Below, piece after piece: positions 9,709 to 20,278 of a stretch of DNA of 64,000 nucleotides (position 1 is the stretch's first letter; every line of letters begins with the position of its first letter). The notes under the pieces are model-generated. The model was given only the letters and a program-made list of their open reading frames with translations, was not told the DNA's origin and made no database searches. Made by a program: the position numbers and the translations under genes. Source of the stretch: an uncultured candidate division Zixibacteria bacterium (lineage in GTDB: Bacteria > Zixibacteria > MSB-5A5 > UBA10806 > 4484-95); the NCBI GenBank assembly GCA_963668625.2, contig CAXXKA010000008.1, positions 160,001-224,000 of the forward strand, written 5' to 3'.

Positions 9709-10812
9709 TTATTTCAAAAACTTGCCGTTCTTGAAAAACATCTCGCCATCGGCGTACATAGCGCCTTTCTTGCGCAAGTCACAGATCATATCCCAGTGCA
9801 GCGCCGATTTGTTTTTACCGCCCGATTCGGGATAGGAGTTACCCAGCGCCATGTGGAAAGTGCCGCCGATCTTCTCATCATAAAGGATATTCTTGGTGAA
9901 CTGTTGTATGCCGTAATTGGTACCGATCGCCACCTCGCCTAAGTATTTCGCGCCTTTGTCTATGTTGGTCATGGCGTGAAGGTAATCCTCGCCGGTGGCG
10001 GCATTGGCTTTTACCAGCTTACCGTTTTTGAACTCGAGGCGTACATCGGTAACCTCCCTGCCGCGATAAACAGCCGGGAACGAGAACCGGATATGGCCGT
10101 TGACCGAATTCTCCACCGGGGCGGTAAATACCTCGCCATCGGGGAAATTATTGTCACCGTCGCAATTAATCCATTTACGGCCGGCGACATTGAAAGTAAT
10201 ATCGGTATCCGGCGCTTCGAGACGGATCACTTTTTTACGCCTGACATACTTGATCACTTTCTCGTTCTGTTTCGACATCTTCTTCCACTCGGCTACCGGG
10301 TCCTTCTTATCGACCATGCAAGCCTTGAACACGAAATCCTCGTAATCCGCCAGGGACATGCTACCATCCTGGGCCGAGGCGTTGGTAGGATACTGTGTCA
10401 ATACCCACGATAACTCACCCTCGGCGGAGCGCTTGGAGAATTTCTGGTTGATCTTACCGCGTGATCTGAACAGCATCGCTTGCCTCTGAGGGTCAACCCC
10501 GGAGAGAGCCTTAGTGTTCTGTGGCGACCTGATCACGATAAAAGCATCCAGCTTATTCACCTCCATGTTATCCATCGGCGAGATATATTGGATCTGGTCG
10601 GCGCTGGCGTTTTTGAAAAATATATCCTCGAATTCTTCGGAGTTCAAACGAACGTAAGGATATGCGCCTGCTTTAAGAACCTCGCGGTATACTTCTTTCA
10701 ATAGCGGCAGTGATTCGATACCGCCGATTATTTTAACCAGTTGTTTACGTTTAATTTTGCAAGAATAGTGCACCAGCACCTGTGCCAGTTTAGTATTTCT
10801 AGGATCTACCAT
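9709..10812 (-). CDS. M29 family aminopeptidase (AmpS/PepS/aminopeptidase T type)
   Basis: NFPDGEVFTAP, LGEVAIG, LYDEKIGGTFHMALG and SALHWD motifs. Confidence 0.9.
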   Translation of the reverse strand: MVDPRNTKLAQVLVHYSCKIKRKQLVKIIGGIESLPLLKEVYREVLKAGAYPYVRLNSEEFEDIFFKNASADQIQYISPMDNMEVNKLDAFIVIRSPQNTKALSGVDPQRQAMLFRSRGKINQKFSKRSAEGELSWVLTQYPTNASAQDGSMSLADYEDFVFKACMVDKKDPVAEWKKMSKQNEKVIKYVRRKKVIRLEAPDTDITFNVAGRKWINCDGDNNFPDGEVFTAPVENSVNGHIRFSFPAVYRGREVTDVRLEFKNGKLVKANAATGEDYLHAMTNIDKGAKYLGEVAIGTNYGIQQFTKNILYDEKIGGTFHMALGNSYPESGGKNKSALHWDMICDLRKKGAMYADGEMFFKNGKFLK

Positions 10813-11160
10813 ATTAAATTCCTTCCTCTAATATAATCTTAGTAATCAATAATAATCTTTTTACTCATACATGTCAATTAATGCTTGAAACAATTAGACT
10901 TATAGATCAATCTCCGGCTGATTTCGCTTGATTAGCATGGCGAGTATTATTATGATTATCATGGCGATATGTAAGTGAGGAACGCCCCGCTAAATTGAAA
11001 ATAATACGTAATGATGGGCATGTCGAGAAAATAAGTAGCCGCGAAAGTTGACTTAAACTGAATAAAGGATACGACCCAAAACAACCCTAAGACCGGATGT
11101 ATCCTCGCTGAAACTTCACGATGCCGCTTATTCGAGCTGCCCCAGGCAAAAGGAAATATC

Positions 11161-13173
11161 ATGTTCGAATTTCAGGAAATAACACCATCGGGAATTGAGG
11201 CCATCGTTTACTACCTGGCTTTTCTGGCTGGTATGGGAATTTTCTCTTTTATCATTAGCAAATATATCAGGCTTTTAACTAAATTCAAGAAACTCGATTA
11301 CACCGTTGATATCGGCGAGGGCGCGGCCCGGGTGTTCAGGTTCGTGTTCGGGCAAAAACGCCTCCTGGATGATCCATTCTCGGGCGGCGCGCATTTTCTG
11401 ATATTCTGGGGTTTCCTGATCATCGCCTTCGGTACTCTAAACTTTTTCGGCAAAGGTTTCTGCGCCGATTTCCATATCCCTGTCTTATACGGCGCATTCA
11501 AAACCGAATTCCTGTTTCTGTTGGATCTATTCAGTGTACTGGTCATCGCCGGCGTCATAGGCGCGGTGGTAAAACGCTATGTTGTCCGGCCCGAACGTCT
11601 TTCGCAAAGCCCGGGAGCTCTTCTGATACTGGTACTGATATTCGGCCTGATGGTATTCGATTTGCTCTCCGACGGTTTCAACATGGTCTCCCAGCAGCTC
11701 GTAGTTAAAGGTAGTTTCGTCGGCAATTACCTGGCCTCCGTTTTCTGGGATATGCCTCAAAAAAGCGCGACTACCTGGGCGCATGTTTTCTGGTGGCTTC
11801 ATTTCTTGTTTTTCATGATCATGCTCAATTATGTCCCCACCGGCAAACACATGCACGTATTCAGCTCGTTTTTCAACGTGTTCTTGACCAAGAAAGACGC
11901 CGGCACGAAACTCTCCACGCCCGACCTGGAGGATGACGATCTCGAATCGTTCGGTATTACCGTAGTCGAGGAGCATAATTGGAAAGACTTGCTCGATGCT
12001 TACTCGTGTACCGAGTGCGGGCGTTGTCAGGATGTTTGCCCGGCGTACAATACCGGCAAGCCTCTTTCACCGAAAAATATTACCATACAGCTTCGTAAGC
12101 ACGCCGAGAAGAAAGCCCCGTATCTATACTCCGGCAAATCGGAGGAGTTCGAGGAGAGCCTCATCAAGGATGTTATCACCGAGGATGTCATCTGGTCATG
12201 TACCACCTGTTATGCTTGCCAGCGGGCCTGTCCGCTTTTCATAAAGCAGTTCACCAAGCTAATCGACTACCGCCGTTCACTCGTACTCAACGAGGGCGAG
12301 ATATCCACGCAGGGAGCGTTGTGTTTGAAAAACCTGGAGAAATCCGGCGATCCCTGGGGGCTGGGACAGTCGGCGCGCGCCGATTGGTACAAGGGGCTCG
12401 ATGTCAAACATATCTCTGATAATCCCGATGCCGAGTGGTTGTTCTGGGTCGGCTGCGCCGGGGCGCTCGATCAGCGCAATATCAAGGTCAGCCGGGATAC
12501 CGTAAAGCTGATGAACGCCGCCGGTCTCGATTTCGCAATACTCGGCGCCGATGAGACCTGCACCGGTGACTCGGCTCGCAGGTTAGGCGAGGAGTACCTG
12601 TTCCAGACACTGGCGCAGGGCAATGTCGAGATGCTTAACGAGCTGAAAGTTAAAAAGATATTCACCAACTGCCCTCACTGTTTCAACACGCTTAAAAACG
12701 AGTATCCCGATTTCGGTGGTAATTTCGAGGTGGTTCATACGCATCAGTTATTAGAGCAGTTGATCCGTCAGGGAGATTTGCATATCAATACCGATAAAAT
12801 CAAAAGCCGGGTGATGGTTGATAATACTAAGATCACTTTCCATGATTCCTGTTATCTTGGCCGTCATAACGATATGTACGAACCCTCTCGCATACTGATA
12901 AGCATGTTCGGTGACCTGATCGAGATGAAACGTTCGGGTGAGAACTCGTTCTGCTGCGGCGCTGGCGGCGGCAACATGTGGCTCGAGGAGCATATCGGCA
13001 AGCGGGTGAACGTGGAGCGCACCGAGGAGGCGTTGGAGACAGGCGCCGGCACGATAGGTGTAGCCTGCCCGTTCTGCATGACCATGTTCGAGGACGGCGT
13101 AAAGGCCAAGGACAAGGTAGAGACCAACCGAGTGCTGGAGATCACCGAGATACTGGCCGCGGGCGTGGATTGA
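11161..13173 (+). CDS. FadF-like heterodisulfide-reductase-related membrane Fe-S oxidoreductase
   Basis: N-terminal TM domain; CTECGRCQDVCP and CTTCYACQRACP 4Fe-4S motifs; CCG-domain motifs (HDSCYLGR, CCGAGGG). Confidence 0.88.
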   Translation: MFEFQEITPSGIEAIVYYLAFLAGMGIFSFIISKYIRLLTKFKKLDYTVDIGEGAARVFRFVFGQKRLLDDPFSGGAHFLIFWGFLIIAFGTLNFFGKGFCADFHIPVLYGAFKTEFLFLLDLFSVLVIAGVIGAVVKRYVVRPERLSQSPGALLILVLIFGLMVFDLLSDGFNMVSQQLVVKGSFVGNYLASVFWDMPQKSATTWAHVFWWLHFLFFMIMLNYVPTGKHMHVFSSFFNVFLTKKDAGTKLSTPDLEDDDLESFGITVVEEHNWKDLLDAYSCTECGRCQDVCPAYNTGKPLSPKNITIQLRKHAEKKAPYLYSGKSEEFEESLIKDVITEDVIWSCTTCYACQRACPLFIKQFTKLIDYRRSLVLNEGEISTQGALCLKNLEKSGDPWGLGQSARADWYKGLDVKHISDNPDAEWLFWVGCAGALDQRNIKVSRDTVKLMNAAGLDFAILGADETCTGDSARRLGEEYLFQTLAQGNVEMLNELKVKKIFTNCPHCFNTLKNEYPDFGGNFEVVHTHQLLEQLIRQGDLHINTDKIKSRVMVDNTKITFHDSCYLGRHNDMYEPSRILISMFGDLIEMKRSGENSFCCGAGGGNMWLEEHIGKRVNVERTEEALETGAGTIGVACPFCMTMFEDGVKAKDKVETNRVLEITEILAAGVD

Positions 13174-13321
13174 TATTCGAGTGATATTGAGTAGGCCAAA
13201 ACCCCTGTGGTTTTGGCCTGTGTTGATGTAGATAGATAAGCGTCAGGATGTCGTACCTTCCATCCTGACGCAGGTGGTTTTGGTCAGATTCAAGTTTGAA
13301 AGCTATAGAGCTATCAACCCG

Positions 13322-13764
13322 GAGCTGTCAGGAATCCTTTCCTGACAGCTAACCGGTAGCGCGTATGTTAGCGCAGTTGAGCTTGAATATAAGCTAATGA
13401 TATGGAAGCTAAAATTAAAATAATGCTAACAGTGGTTGACATGTCTGCGGGGGTGGAGCCGTCGGGAAAGGATTCCCAACGGCTCTGGGGGAAGGACTGC
13501 CTCCGCCCCACGGCTTAAGGTATAAAAGCAAATAGTAATTTCATTGAGCGGTTAGGAATCCTTTCCTGACCGCTAACCTGTAGCGCGTTTGTTAGCGCAG
13601 CAGAGATTGAATATAAGCTAATGATATGGAAGCTAAAATTAAAATAATGCTAACAGTGGTTGACATGTCTGCGGGGGCGTAGCCGTCGGGAAAGGATTCC
13701 CAACGGCTCTGGGGGAAGGACTGCCTCCGCCCCACGGCTTAAGGTATAAAAGCAAATAGTAATT
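13322..13764. repeat. Tandem duplication (~224-bp period) of a REP-pair unit, family A, directly upstream of RAYT
   Basis: Each unit has a reverse REP (GAGCTGTCAGGAATCCTTTCCTGACAGCTAAC-like) and a forward REP (G[T/G]AGCCGTCGGGAAAGGATTCCCAACGGCT). Confidence 0.85.
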
Positions 13765-13780
13765 TGAGGGTTAAGCAAAC

Positions 13781-14347
13781 ATGCGCAGTAGAGATAGAAA
13801 ACATTACGAAGATCATGGTAATTTGTTTTTTATTACTTCAACGGTAGTAGGTTTTATGAACATTTTCAAGCAAAAGGAAGCCTGCGAAATATTCGTAAAC
13901 TGCTTGCGTTTCTATCAGGATAGAGGTGATATGAAAATACTCGCATGGGTGCTTATGCCTAATCATTTTCATCTGATAATAAAAGTTGGCGATAGATCTA
14001 ATATCTCTACCTTAATAGGAGGAATCAAAAGGTATTCCTCAAGATTATTAGGCAAACTGCTTCGGCAAAATAATGCTAAAGCCATATTAATGAAAATCAA
14101 AGAAGCAGCATTACTTGAATCTGGGAAAGGAGCATCCATTTGGAAACCGAGATTCGATAGCCTTGTGATAGTATCAGAAAGCATATTGAAACAGAAGATA
14201 GAATATATTCATTATAATCCAGTCCTAAAAGGATTTGTAGAATATCCTCATCAGTGGTATTATTCCAGTGCAACAGCTTATGATAATAGGCCAGGAATCG
14301 ACTTAGTTACTGATGCTAAATGGGAGTGCCTTGGATACGGAGCGTAG
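13781..14347 (+). CDS. REP-associated tyrosine transposase (RAYT, Y1 HUH)
   Basis: FFITSTV, AWVLMPNHFHL (HUH), IWKPRF, YIHYNPV and WYYSS motifs; flanked by family A REPs; the stop codon lies within the GTAG of a REP. Confidence 0.92.
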   Translation: MRSRDRKHYEDHGNLFFITSTVVGFMNIFKQKEACEIFVNCLRFYQDRGDMKILAWVLMPNHFHLIIKVGDRSNISTLIGGIKRYSSRLLGKLLRQNNAKAILMKIKEAALLESGKGASIWKPRFDSLVIVSESILKQKIEYIHYNPVLKGFVEYPHQWYYSSATAYDNRPGIDLVTDAKWECLGYGA

Positions 14348-14374
14348 CCGTCGGGAAAGGATTCCCAACGGCTC
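14344..14374 (+). repeat. REP family A copy downstream of RAYT
   Basis: GTAGCCGTCGGGAAAGGATTCCCAACGGCTC. Confidence 0.85.
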
Positions 14375-14702
14375 AAGGATGTTTTAATCAACCTCAACAT
14401 GCCATACTTTCCATCCCGACATATGTGATGACAACCACAAAAAAAAACCGGCATAACCAGGGCTAATAAATTTTCACCTCGTTACCAAACTCCAGTTTGG
14501 TAATGCAATTGCCTGAGAAACTCCGTTTCGAGTTTAAGCATCGGTAGTAGCCTTAGCATCAGGATGTCGTACCTTCCATCCTGATGCATGTGGTACTTTT
14601 ACTAAAATTGACCTCGTTACTCAATCAGATAGCTAATACGCAGAGATGATCAAAGAGCTGCGTCCGCCCAACGGTTCAAATAAGATTCTGATAAACAATC
14701 AC

Positions 14703-14726
14703 AAAAAACCCCGGCATAACCGGGGC
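14703..14726 (-). terminator. Terminator of the 14754-15800 gene (degenerate duplicate at ~14431-14474)
   Basis: A-tract plus CCCCGG-CATAA-CCGGGG hairpin. Confidence 0.65.
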
Positions 14727-14753
14727 TAATAAATTTCCGTAAATCAAATCGGA

Positions 14754-15800
14754 TTATTCACCCGACCAGGGATCGGTGAAGACATCCGTTGGCAGTACGC
14801 TGAAATCGAACAGTAAATCATCATCAAGATAATCATCGAACTCGGATATCAAACTCGTGCCCTCGCTGTAATTTGGGCCGAAAACCTGCTCGGAGCTGCC
14901 CGATTCGTTAACCTGCGAAAAATCATTCGGTAAATACTCGCGATATTTAAGCGCGAACTCGGTCTGATTGTTGCCGCCGCCTATGACACATCTGTACAGA
15001 TCGGTCTCAGGATTGGCGTTGCCATACCAGCTGAGACGATATGCGAAGTCTCCCGTGGATGTTGAATACATATGAAACGCGTTTAAAAACTCCTCATCAT
15101 TTTGGTCGGTATATTGATTATAAGCCAGACCTTTAAACACGAACGTGTTGTTTGTCAGATCGAGGCGGGAATAGCGAAGTTTGCATCTTACATGAGACTC
15201 TCCCGGAGCGCTGAGATTGTACTCTAGTATCAGTTGCTCGGTATCATTAACGGTTAAGCCGATTCGTATAACCTCACCCGGCTCATCCTCTATCTCCAGT
15301 TCGACCATGTAATCGACATCAACATTGGTACCGATAATCGCCTGGCATTCGGTCGGAATAGGCGTGGTAGCCGATATCTGGGCGACCGTGGCGGTATAGA
15401 ACACTGTCATCGTATCGCCGTCCTCGTTGACAAATATCGAATCATCATAAGCGCCGGTAACGAGATCACCGTCATCATTTACCCTCAGGATGTTTTCCAG
15501 TAATTCGATGTTAAACTGAAACGATTCGACATTGTTATAGAGAGACTGTGGCTGTTCGCCGAATACCAGTTCCAACAAAGCCATATCGCCCTCGGTCCAA
15601 ACAGAATCAACACCCGCGGGGGAGGCATCCGGCCCCTCATATTCCGGCGGCGCGACATCCTCAACCAATTCCGATAGATCTACCAGATCAAGCGTATTGT
15701 TTCCGTCATCCGGATTGGTGGAGTTATCACTACATCCAATAATAGATACGACAAGAAAGATTACTGCTGCTAAAATTATTGGGTATCCTGCCCTATGCAT
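14754..15800 (-). CDS. Acidic hypothetical lipoprotein
   Basis: Lipobox-like IIGC after a hydrophobic stretch, followed by SDNSTNP; no recognisable catalytic motif. Confidence 0.75.
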   Translation of the reverse strand: MHRAGYPIILAAVIFLVVSIIGCSDNSTNPDDGNNTLDLVDLSELVEDVAPPEYEGPDASPAGVDSVWTEGDMALLELVFGEQPQSLYNNVESFQFNIELLENILRVNDDGDLVTGAYDDSIFVNEDGDTMTVFYTATVAQISATTPIPTECQAIIGTNVDVDYMVELEIEDEPGEVIRIGLTVNDTEQLILEYNLSAPGESHVRCKLRYSRLDLTNNTFVFKGLAYNQYTDQNDEEFLNAFHMYSTSTGDFAYRLSWYGNANPETDLYRCVIGGGNNQTEFALKYREYLPNDFSQVNESGSSEQVFGPNYSEGTSLISEFDDYLDDDLLFDFSVLPTDVFTDPWSGE

Positions 15801-16032
15801 ACCGGTTTCCTTTCATGTAGAGTTTACGATTGTTTTCTCCAGTATCGGATACAATTATTATGACTTTAAAACTCTTTGATACTGGAATTTATAATCTATG
15901 TAACAGGCAAAATAATATGGCTATTGCAAAGGAAGATTATATATGGGGATTATTGTCAGGAGGCTTTTAGCGTTAAGATGCTTTTTATTATATCTGGTTG
16001 AATGTTTAAACTGATTATTAAATTAGAGAAAT

Positions 16033-16286
16033 CACTACTGTCCGGCCTTTCCATCTCGTTGCGAAGCGCTGCTTCGCAACGTGGCTTGTTTGCCGGCAGA
16101 ATGCTTATTCTACATGACTCAAGAAGGTTTCCAAGCAGCGCTTGGAAACCAGGAAACTAAGCCTGACATCGACAGGACATATCAGAATGTATGATACGGT
16201 GAATGTTTAATTACATCGAAAAATATCTTTAGCTAACAATTCTAAGGAAAAATTTAAAATTTATCGAAAAACACCGGACACTAGTG
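16033..16286. mobile_element. IS4-type MITE, copy 2 (254 bp)
   Basis: TIRs CACTACTGTCCGG / CCGGACACTAGTG; perfect 9-bp TSD TAGAGAAAT. Confidence 0.9.
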
Positions 16287-16295
16287 TAGAGAAAT

Positions 16296-16480
16296 ATAAA
16301 ATGATTTTCGGGAAAGCCATTTTGCATGCCAATCGCCTATTTCACAAGTTTTATCTCTTTCCCATTTTAGATTAGAGTGAATAATGTAATCAATTTCAGG
16401 TAATTCGCCTAATGCGCTCATTGCAGCTAATGTTGTAGATTGAACTCCTTTTCCCAAAGAAAGAACGCGTATGGAATTAC
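16296..16480 (-). pseudogene. N-terminal fragment of a PAPS-reductase-like (adenine nucleotide alpha hydrolase) gene
   Basis: IRVLSLGKGVQSTTLAAM...DYIIHSNLKWE resembles the SLGAGVQST...D.AIFADT.WE N-terminus; stranded between two MITEs. Confidence 0.5.
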
Positions 16481-16519
16481 TCAATAATGCACTCCTAATA
16501 GAAATGTTATAATTTAAAT

Positions 16520-16774
16520 CACTACTGTCCGGTCTTTTCATCTCGTTGCGAAGCGCTGCTTCGCAACGTGGCTTGTTTGCCGGCAGAATGCGCATTCTAC
16601 ATGATTCAAGAAGGTTTCCAAGCAGCGCTTGGAAACCAGAAAACCAAGCCTAACATCGGCAGGATATGTCAGGATGAATGATACGCTGAATAAAATAATT
16701 ATATCGGAAAATATTTTTCATTAACAATTCCAAGGAGAAATTTAAAATTTAACGAAAAACACCGGACACTAGTG
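16520..16774. mobile_element. IS4-type MITE, copy 3 (255 bp)
   Basis: Same TIRs; TSD AATTTAAAT / AATTCAAAT (8/9). Confidence 0.88.
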
Positions 16775-16792
16775 AATTCAAATATTAAATAA

Positions 16793-17419
16793 TCACTTAC
16801 TTAGATTATAAAATTCCTCTTGAAGTTCATTGAAATTATGCTTCAGTTTAATATCTAATTCATCGGGATAAACATAATTTTTAAATCTTTCTACATCGCC
16901 TTGTAGCTTCCCTTCATAGGCAAGCCTAATAACGCGGAAATGTATTATAACTGCTGGTAATAAGCCTATTCCCTTTAATTTTACATCAGTAATTGTTGGA
17001 TCTGGCACATAATCGAACATTAGAGTTTTATCATTTACTAAACCAGCATTACTTAAGATAATTTCTTCAATCGTTTTGCTTATTTCTACGATTTCATTTA
17101 GTAAAGTTTTATCAGTATCAGTAAGGACTACTTTCTCTTTTTTGTTATCGAAATCATAAAGTTGCTCTGGGTTTAAAACGAATGTTAAAGTTCTAAATCC
17201 TGGTGGCTTATCTCTACGGAATATTTTGAATAAACCTTTAGTTACCTCTAGATAAGAAATAACTGGTCCATAAAAATCGTTTAATCTCTTTGCTATACTC
17301 TTTTTTCTTTCTGACCTCTTTTTCTCCTTTAGAATTGATTTACTATGAAAATAATTCATTGTTACAGCAGTTATTGCTGACGCGGCTGGTATTATTATTG
17401 CTAATAACTTCGCATCCAT
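16793..17419 (-). CDS. Hypothetical protein with N-terminal TM anchor, AT-rich
   Basis: 208-aa ORF; hydrophobic N-terminus followed by a basic helix. Confidence 0.7.
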   Translation of the reverse strand: MDAKLLAIIIPAASAITAVTMNYFHSKSILKEKKRSERKKSIAKRLNDFYGPVISYLEVTKGLFKIFRRDKPPGFRTLTFVLNPEQLYDFDNKKEKVVLTDTDKTLLNEIVEISKTIEEIILSNAGLVNDKTLMFDYVPDPTITDVKLKGIGLLPAVIIHFRVIRLAYEGKLQGDVERFKNYVYPDELDIKLKHNFNELQEEFYNLSK

Positions 17420-17594
17420 ATTTTTCTAACCTAATCAAATATGTTAGCCAATTTTGACTAATCATACATTATCATTTTATTAATGTAAAGTATTTCTTTC
17501 AACTTAAGCAACTGTCATCTTCCAAAACTGCCAGCAGCCTCTCGCAGCCTATAGTCTAATCCCTGTTCTCTTTTGGCTAAACGCCAATTTTTCT

Positions 17595-17760
17595 GAGCTG
17601 TCGGGAATACTTTCCTGACAACTAACCAGCAGCGCGTATGTCAGCGCAGCCGAGATCTAATTATACGCAAAGCCCAAGGAAACTAGAGCTACATAATGTT
17701 AATGGTGGTAGTATTGTTTATCGGAGCGTAGCCGTCGGGAAAGGATTCCCAACGGCTCTG
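17595..17760. repeat. Diverged distal copy of the family A REP-pair unit
   Basis: Reverse REP at 17595-17626 and forward GTAG REP at 17728-17758; spacer similar to 13322-13486. Confidence 0.8.
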
Positions 17761-17823
17761 GGAAAAAACATTTTTAAAGATTGTATTTTGTCTTCACCGA
17801 TTTTTTATATATTATAGCTGCCT

Positions 17824-19959
17824 ATGAATAATACACATGTCAAAAAAATTGCCGATGAGCTAAAGCTTAAACCGACACAGGTGGCCGCCACTGTCGAGTT
17901 ACTCGATGATGACGCTACCGTGCCGTTTATCGCTCGTTATCGCAAAGAGGCCACCGGCAGCCTCGATGAGGTGCAGATAACCACGATCCGCGACCGCATA
18001 GGCCAGCTTCGCGAGCTGGATAAACGCCGCGAGGCCATATTAAAATCACTTACCGAACGCGAGCTTCTGACCGAGGAGCTGGAGGCTAAAATAAACGCCG
18101 CCGAAACCATGGCCGAGCTCGAGGATATATACCTTCCCTATAAACCCAAACGTCGCACCAGGGCCACTATCGCTCGCGAGAAAGGTCTCGAGCCGTTGGC
18201 CGAGCTGATATTCGCGCAGGAGGACGGCGTCGATCCGTTGGCTGAGTCCCAAGCCTATATCAATGAGGAAAAGGGCGTAGCGGATGAGGAAGCCGCCTTA
18301 GCCGGCTCGCGCGATATAATCGCCGAATGGGTGTCCGAGGATGCCGAAGTACGTTCGCGGATGCGCGAGATGTATGTTTCGAATGCTATCATCACCTCGA
18401 CTGTTTCCGATAAGGAGCACGAGAATGCTTATAAGTACGAGGATTATTACGAGTGGGACGAGCCGTTGTTCGAGTCTGCCTCGCATCGCCTGCTGGCAAT
18501 GAGGCGCGGAGAATCGGAGGGGATTCTTCGTTTGTCCATCGATGTTTCGCATGATGAGGCGATCGGGCTTTTGCAGCACTCGTTTTTGGATGGCGACAAC
18601 GCCTGTTCCGAGCAAGTCAATCTCGCTATCGGGGATAGTTTCAAACGTCTTCTGGCGCCCTCGATGGAAACCGAGATGCGCACCGAATCGAAAAAGGAAG
18701 CCGATATCGAGGCTATTCGGGTGTTCGCCGCCAACCTTCGCGAGCTTCTGATGACCTCCCCGCTGGGTCGTAAGGATATGATCGCTATCGATCCTGGTTT
18801 CCGTACCGGCTGTAAGGTAGTGGCATTGGATAGCCAGGGAAAGCTCCTGGAAAACCTGACAATCTTCCCGTTCGGGTCCGATCATCAAAAACAATCCGCG
18901 GAATCGGATATCAAAGCGCTGGCGCGAAAGTACAAACCGAAAGTCATCGCTATAGGGAACGGCACTGCGGGGCGGGAGTCCGAAACGTTTATCCGCTCGC
19001 TCGAGCTTTCCGGTGTGGATGTCGAAATGGTCAACGAGGCCGGAGCCAGTGTCTACTCCGCCTCGGAGGTTGCCCGCGAGGAGTTCCCCAACCACGATGT
19101 CACCGTGCGTGGCGCGGTCAGCATCGGCCGCCGCTTGATGGATCCGCTGGCGGAGCTTGTGAAAATCGATCCGAAAGCAATCGGGGTGGGACAGTATCAA
19201 CATGATGTCGACCAGATCATGCTAAAGCAGGGATTGGATGACACCGTGATTAGCTGTGTCAACTCGGTAGGCGTGGAATTGAACACGGCCAGCAAACAGC
19301 TTCTAACTTATGTCTCGGGACTGGGGCCATCATTAGCGCAGAAAATTATCGATCACCGCAACGAGAATGGACCGTTTAAAAATCGTGTGGCATTGAAAAA
19401 GGTAGCGCGCCTCGGGCCGAAAGCGTTCGAGCAAGCGGCCGGTTTCCTTCGCATAAGCGATTCCAATAATCCACTCGATAAAAGCGCGGTACATCCCGAA
19501 AGCTATCATGTGGTGGAGAAAATGGCTAAAGACTCCGGCTGCACGGTTGCCGATCTGATGGCTGACGCGGAAATACGCAGAAAGATTCACCTCGACAAAT
19601 ATGTCACCGATAAAGTCGGTTTGCCTACACTCGAGGATATCATCACCGAGCTGGCCAAGCCGGGACGAGATCCGCGAGCGGTATACGTGCCGTTCAAGTT
19701 CGAGGACTCGGTGCATGAGATAGGCGATCTCTCGCCAGGTATGATATTACCGGGCATCGTTACTAATGTCACCAATTTCGGCGCGTTCGTGGATGTCGGC
19801 GTACATCAGGACGGCCTTGTGCACATTAGCCAGTTGGCCAACCGGTTCGTGAAATCGCCAACCGATGTCGTGAAAGTACATCAGAGGGTACGGGTGAAAG
19901 TGCTGACAGTAGAGGTCGAGCGAAAACGAATAGCTCTTTCGATGAAGGAAGCCGAGTAG
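17824..19959 (+). CDS. tex: Tex family RNA-binding transcriptional accessory protein
   Basis: TVPFIARYRKEATG, IDPGFRTGCK, EAGASVYSAS and GVGQYQHDV motifs; C-terminal S1 domain. Confidence 0.95.
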   Translation: MNNTHVKKIADELKLKPTQVAATVELLDDDATVPFIARYRKEATGSLDEVQITTIRDRIGQLRELDKRREAILKSLTERELLTEELEAKINAAETMAELEDIYLPYKPKRRTRATIAREKGLEPLAELIFAQEDGVDPLAESQAYINEEKGVADEEAALAGSRDIIAEWVSEDAEVRSRMREMYVSNAIITSTVSDKEHENAYKYEDYYEWDEPLFESASHRLLAMRRGESEGILRLSIDVSHDEAIGLLQHSFLDGDNACSEQVNLAIGDSFKRLLAPSMETEMRTESKKEADIEAIRVFAANLRELLMTSPLGRKDMIAIDPGFRTGCKVVALDSQGKLLENLTIFPFGSDHQKQSAESDIKALARKYKPKVIAIGNGTAGRESETFIRSLELSGVDVEMVNEAGASVYSASEVAREEFPNHDVTVRGAVSIGRRLMDPLAELVKIDPKAIGVGQYQHDVDQIMLKQGLDDTVISCVNSVGVELNTASKQLLTYVSGLGPSLAQKIIDHRNENGPFKNRVALKKVARLGPKAFEQAAGFLRISDSNNPLDKSAVHPESYHVVEKMAKDSGCTVADLMADAEIRRKIHLDKYVTDKVGLPTLEDIITELAKPGRDPRAVYVPFKFEDSVHEIGDLSPGMILPGIVTNVTNFGAFVDVGVHQDGLVHISQLANRFVKSPTDVVKVHQRVRVKVLTVEVERKRIALSMKEAE

Positions 19960-19967
19960 TTTAGAAT

Positions 19968-19993
19968 AGCCGGGTCGGACGATCCGGCTTTTT
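19968..19993 (+). terminator. Rho-independent terminator after tex
   Basis: AGCCGGGTCG-GA-CGATCCGGCT hairpin followed by a T-tract. Confidence 0.7.
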
Positions 19994-20278
19994 GTATCGA
20001 CACGGATATTACGGGAAAACGCTCAGGTGTATCGTTCAAATCACGGGCGATGGATAATTACCTGATAATACAATAGCCTCATGAGCAAGAAGTTATAAGG
20101 ATATGAGATATTCCAATCGAACTCCATCGGTAAGTTATTACCATTCAATCGATCTTAAAAATCATCCCGATTGATATGAAAGATCATAATTATATTTCGC
20201 GCAACCAAATTAAGCTGAAATCGTACCATTAAATGGTAAATTGTCACTATCTGCCAACCCCGAGCAGCGAGGTGTTTA

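Noticed and set aside
16033-16774. Composite transposon formed by two adjacent MITEs
   Set aside because: Each MITE has its own different 9-bp TSD, indicating independent insertions
18298-19203. 301-aa antisense ORF and other long shadow ORFs inside tex, asnS, the FadF-like gene and the IS elements
   Set aside because: They are antisense or alternate-frame shadows of well-supported genes with no recognisable motifs
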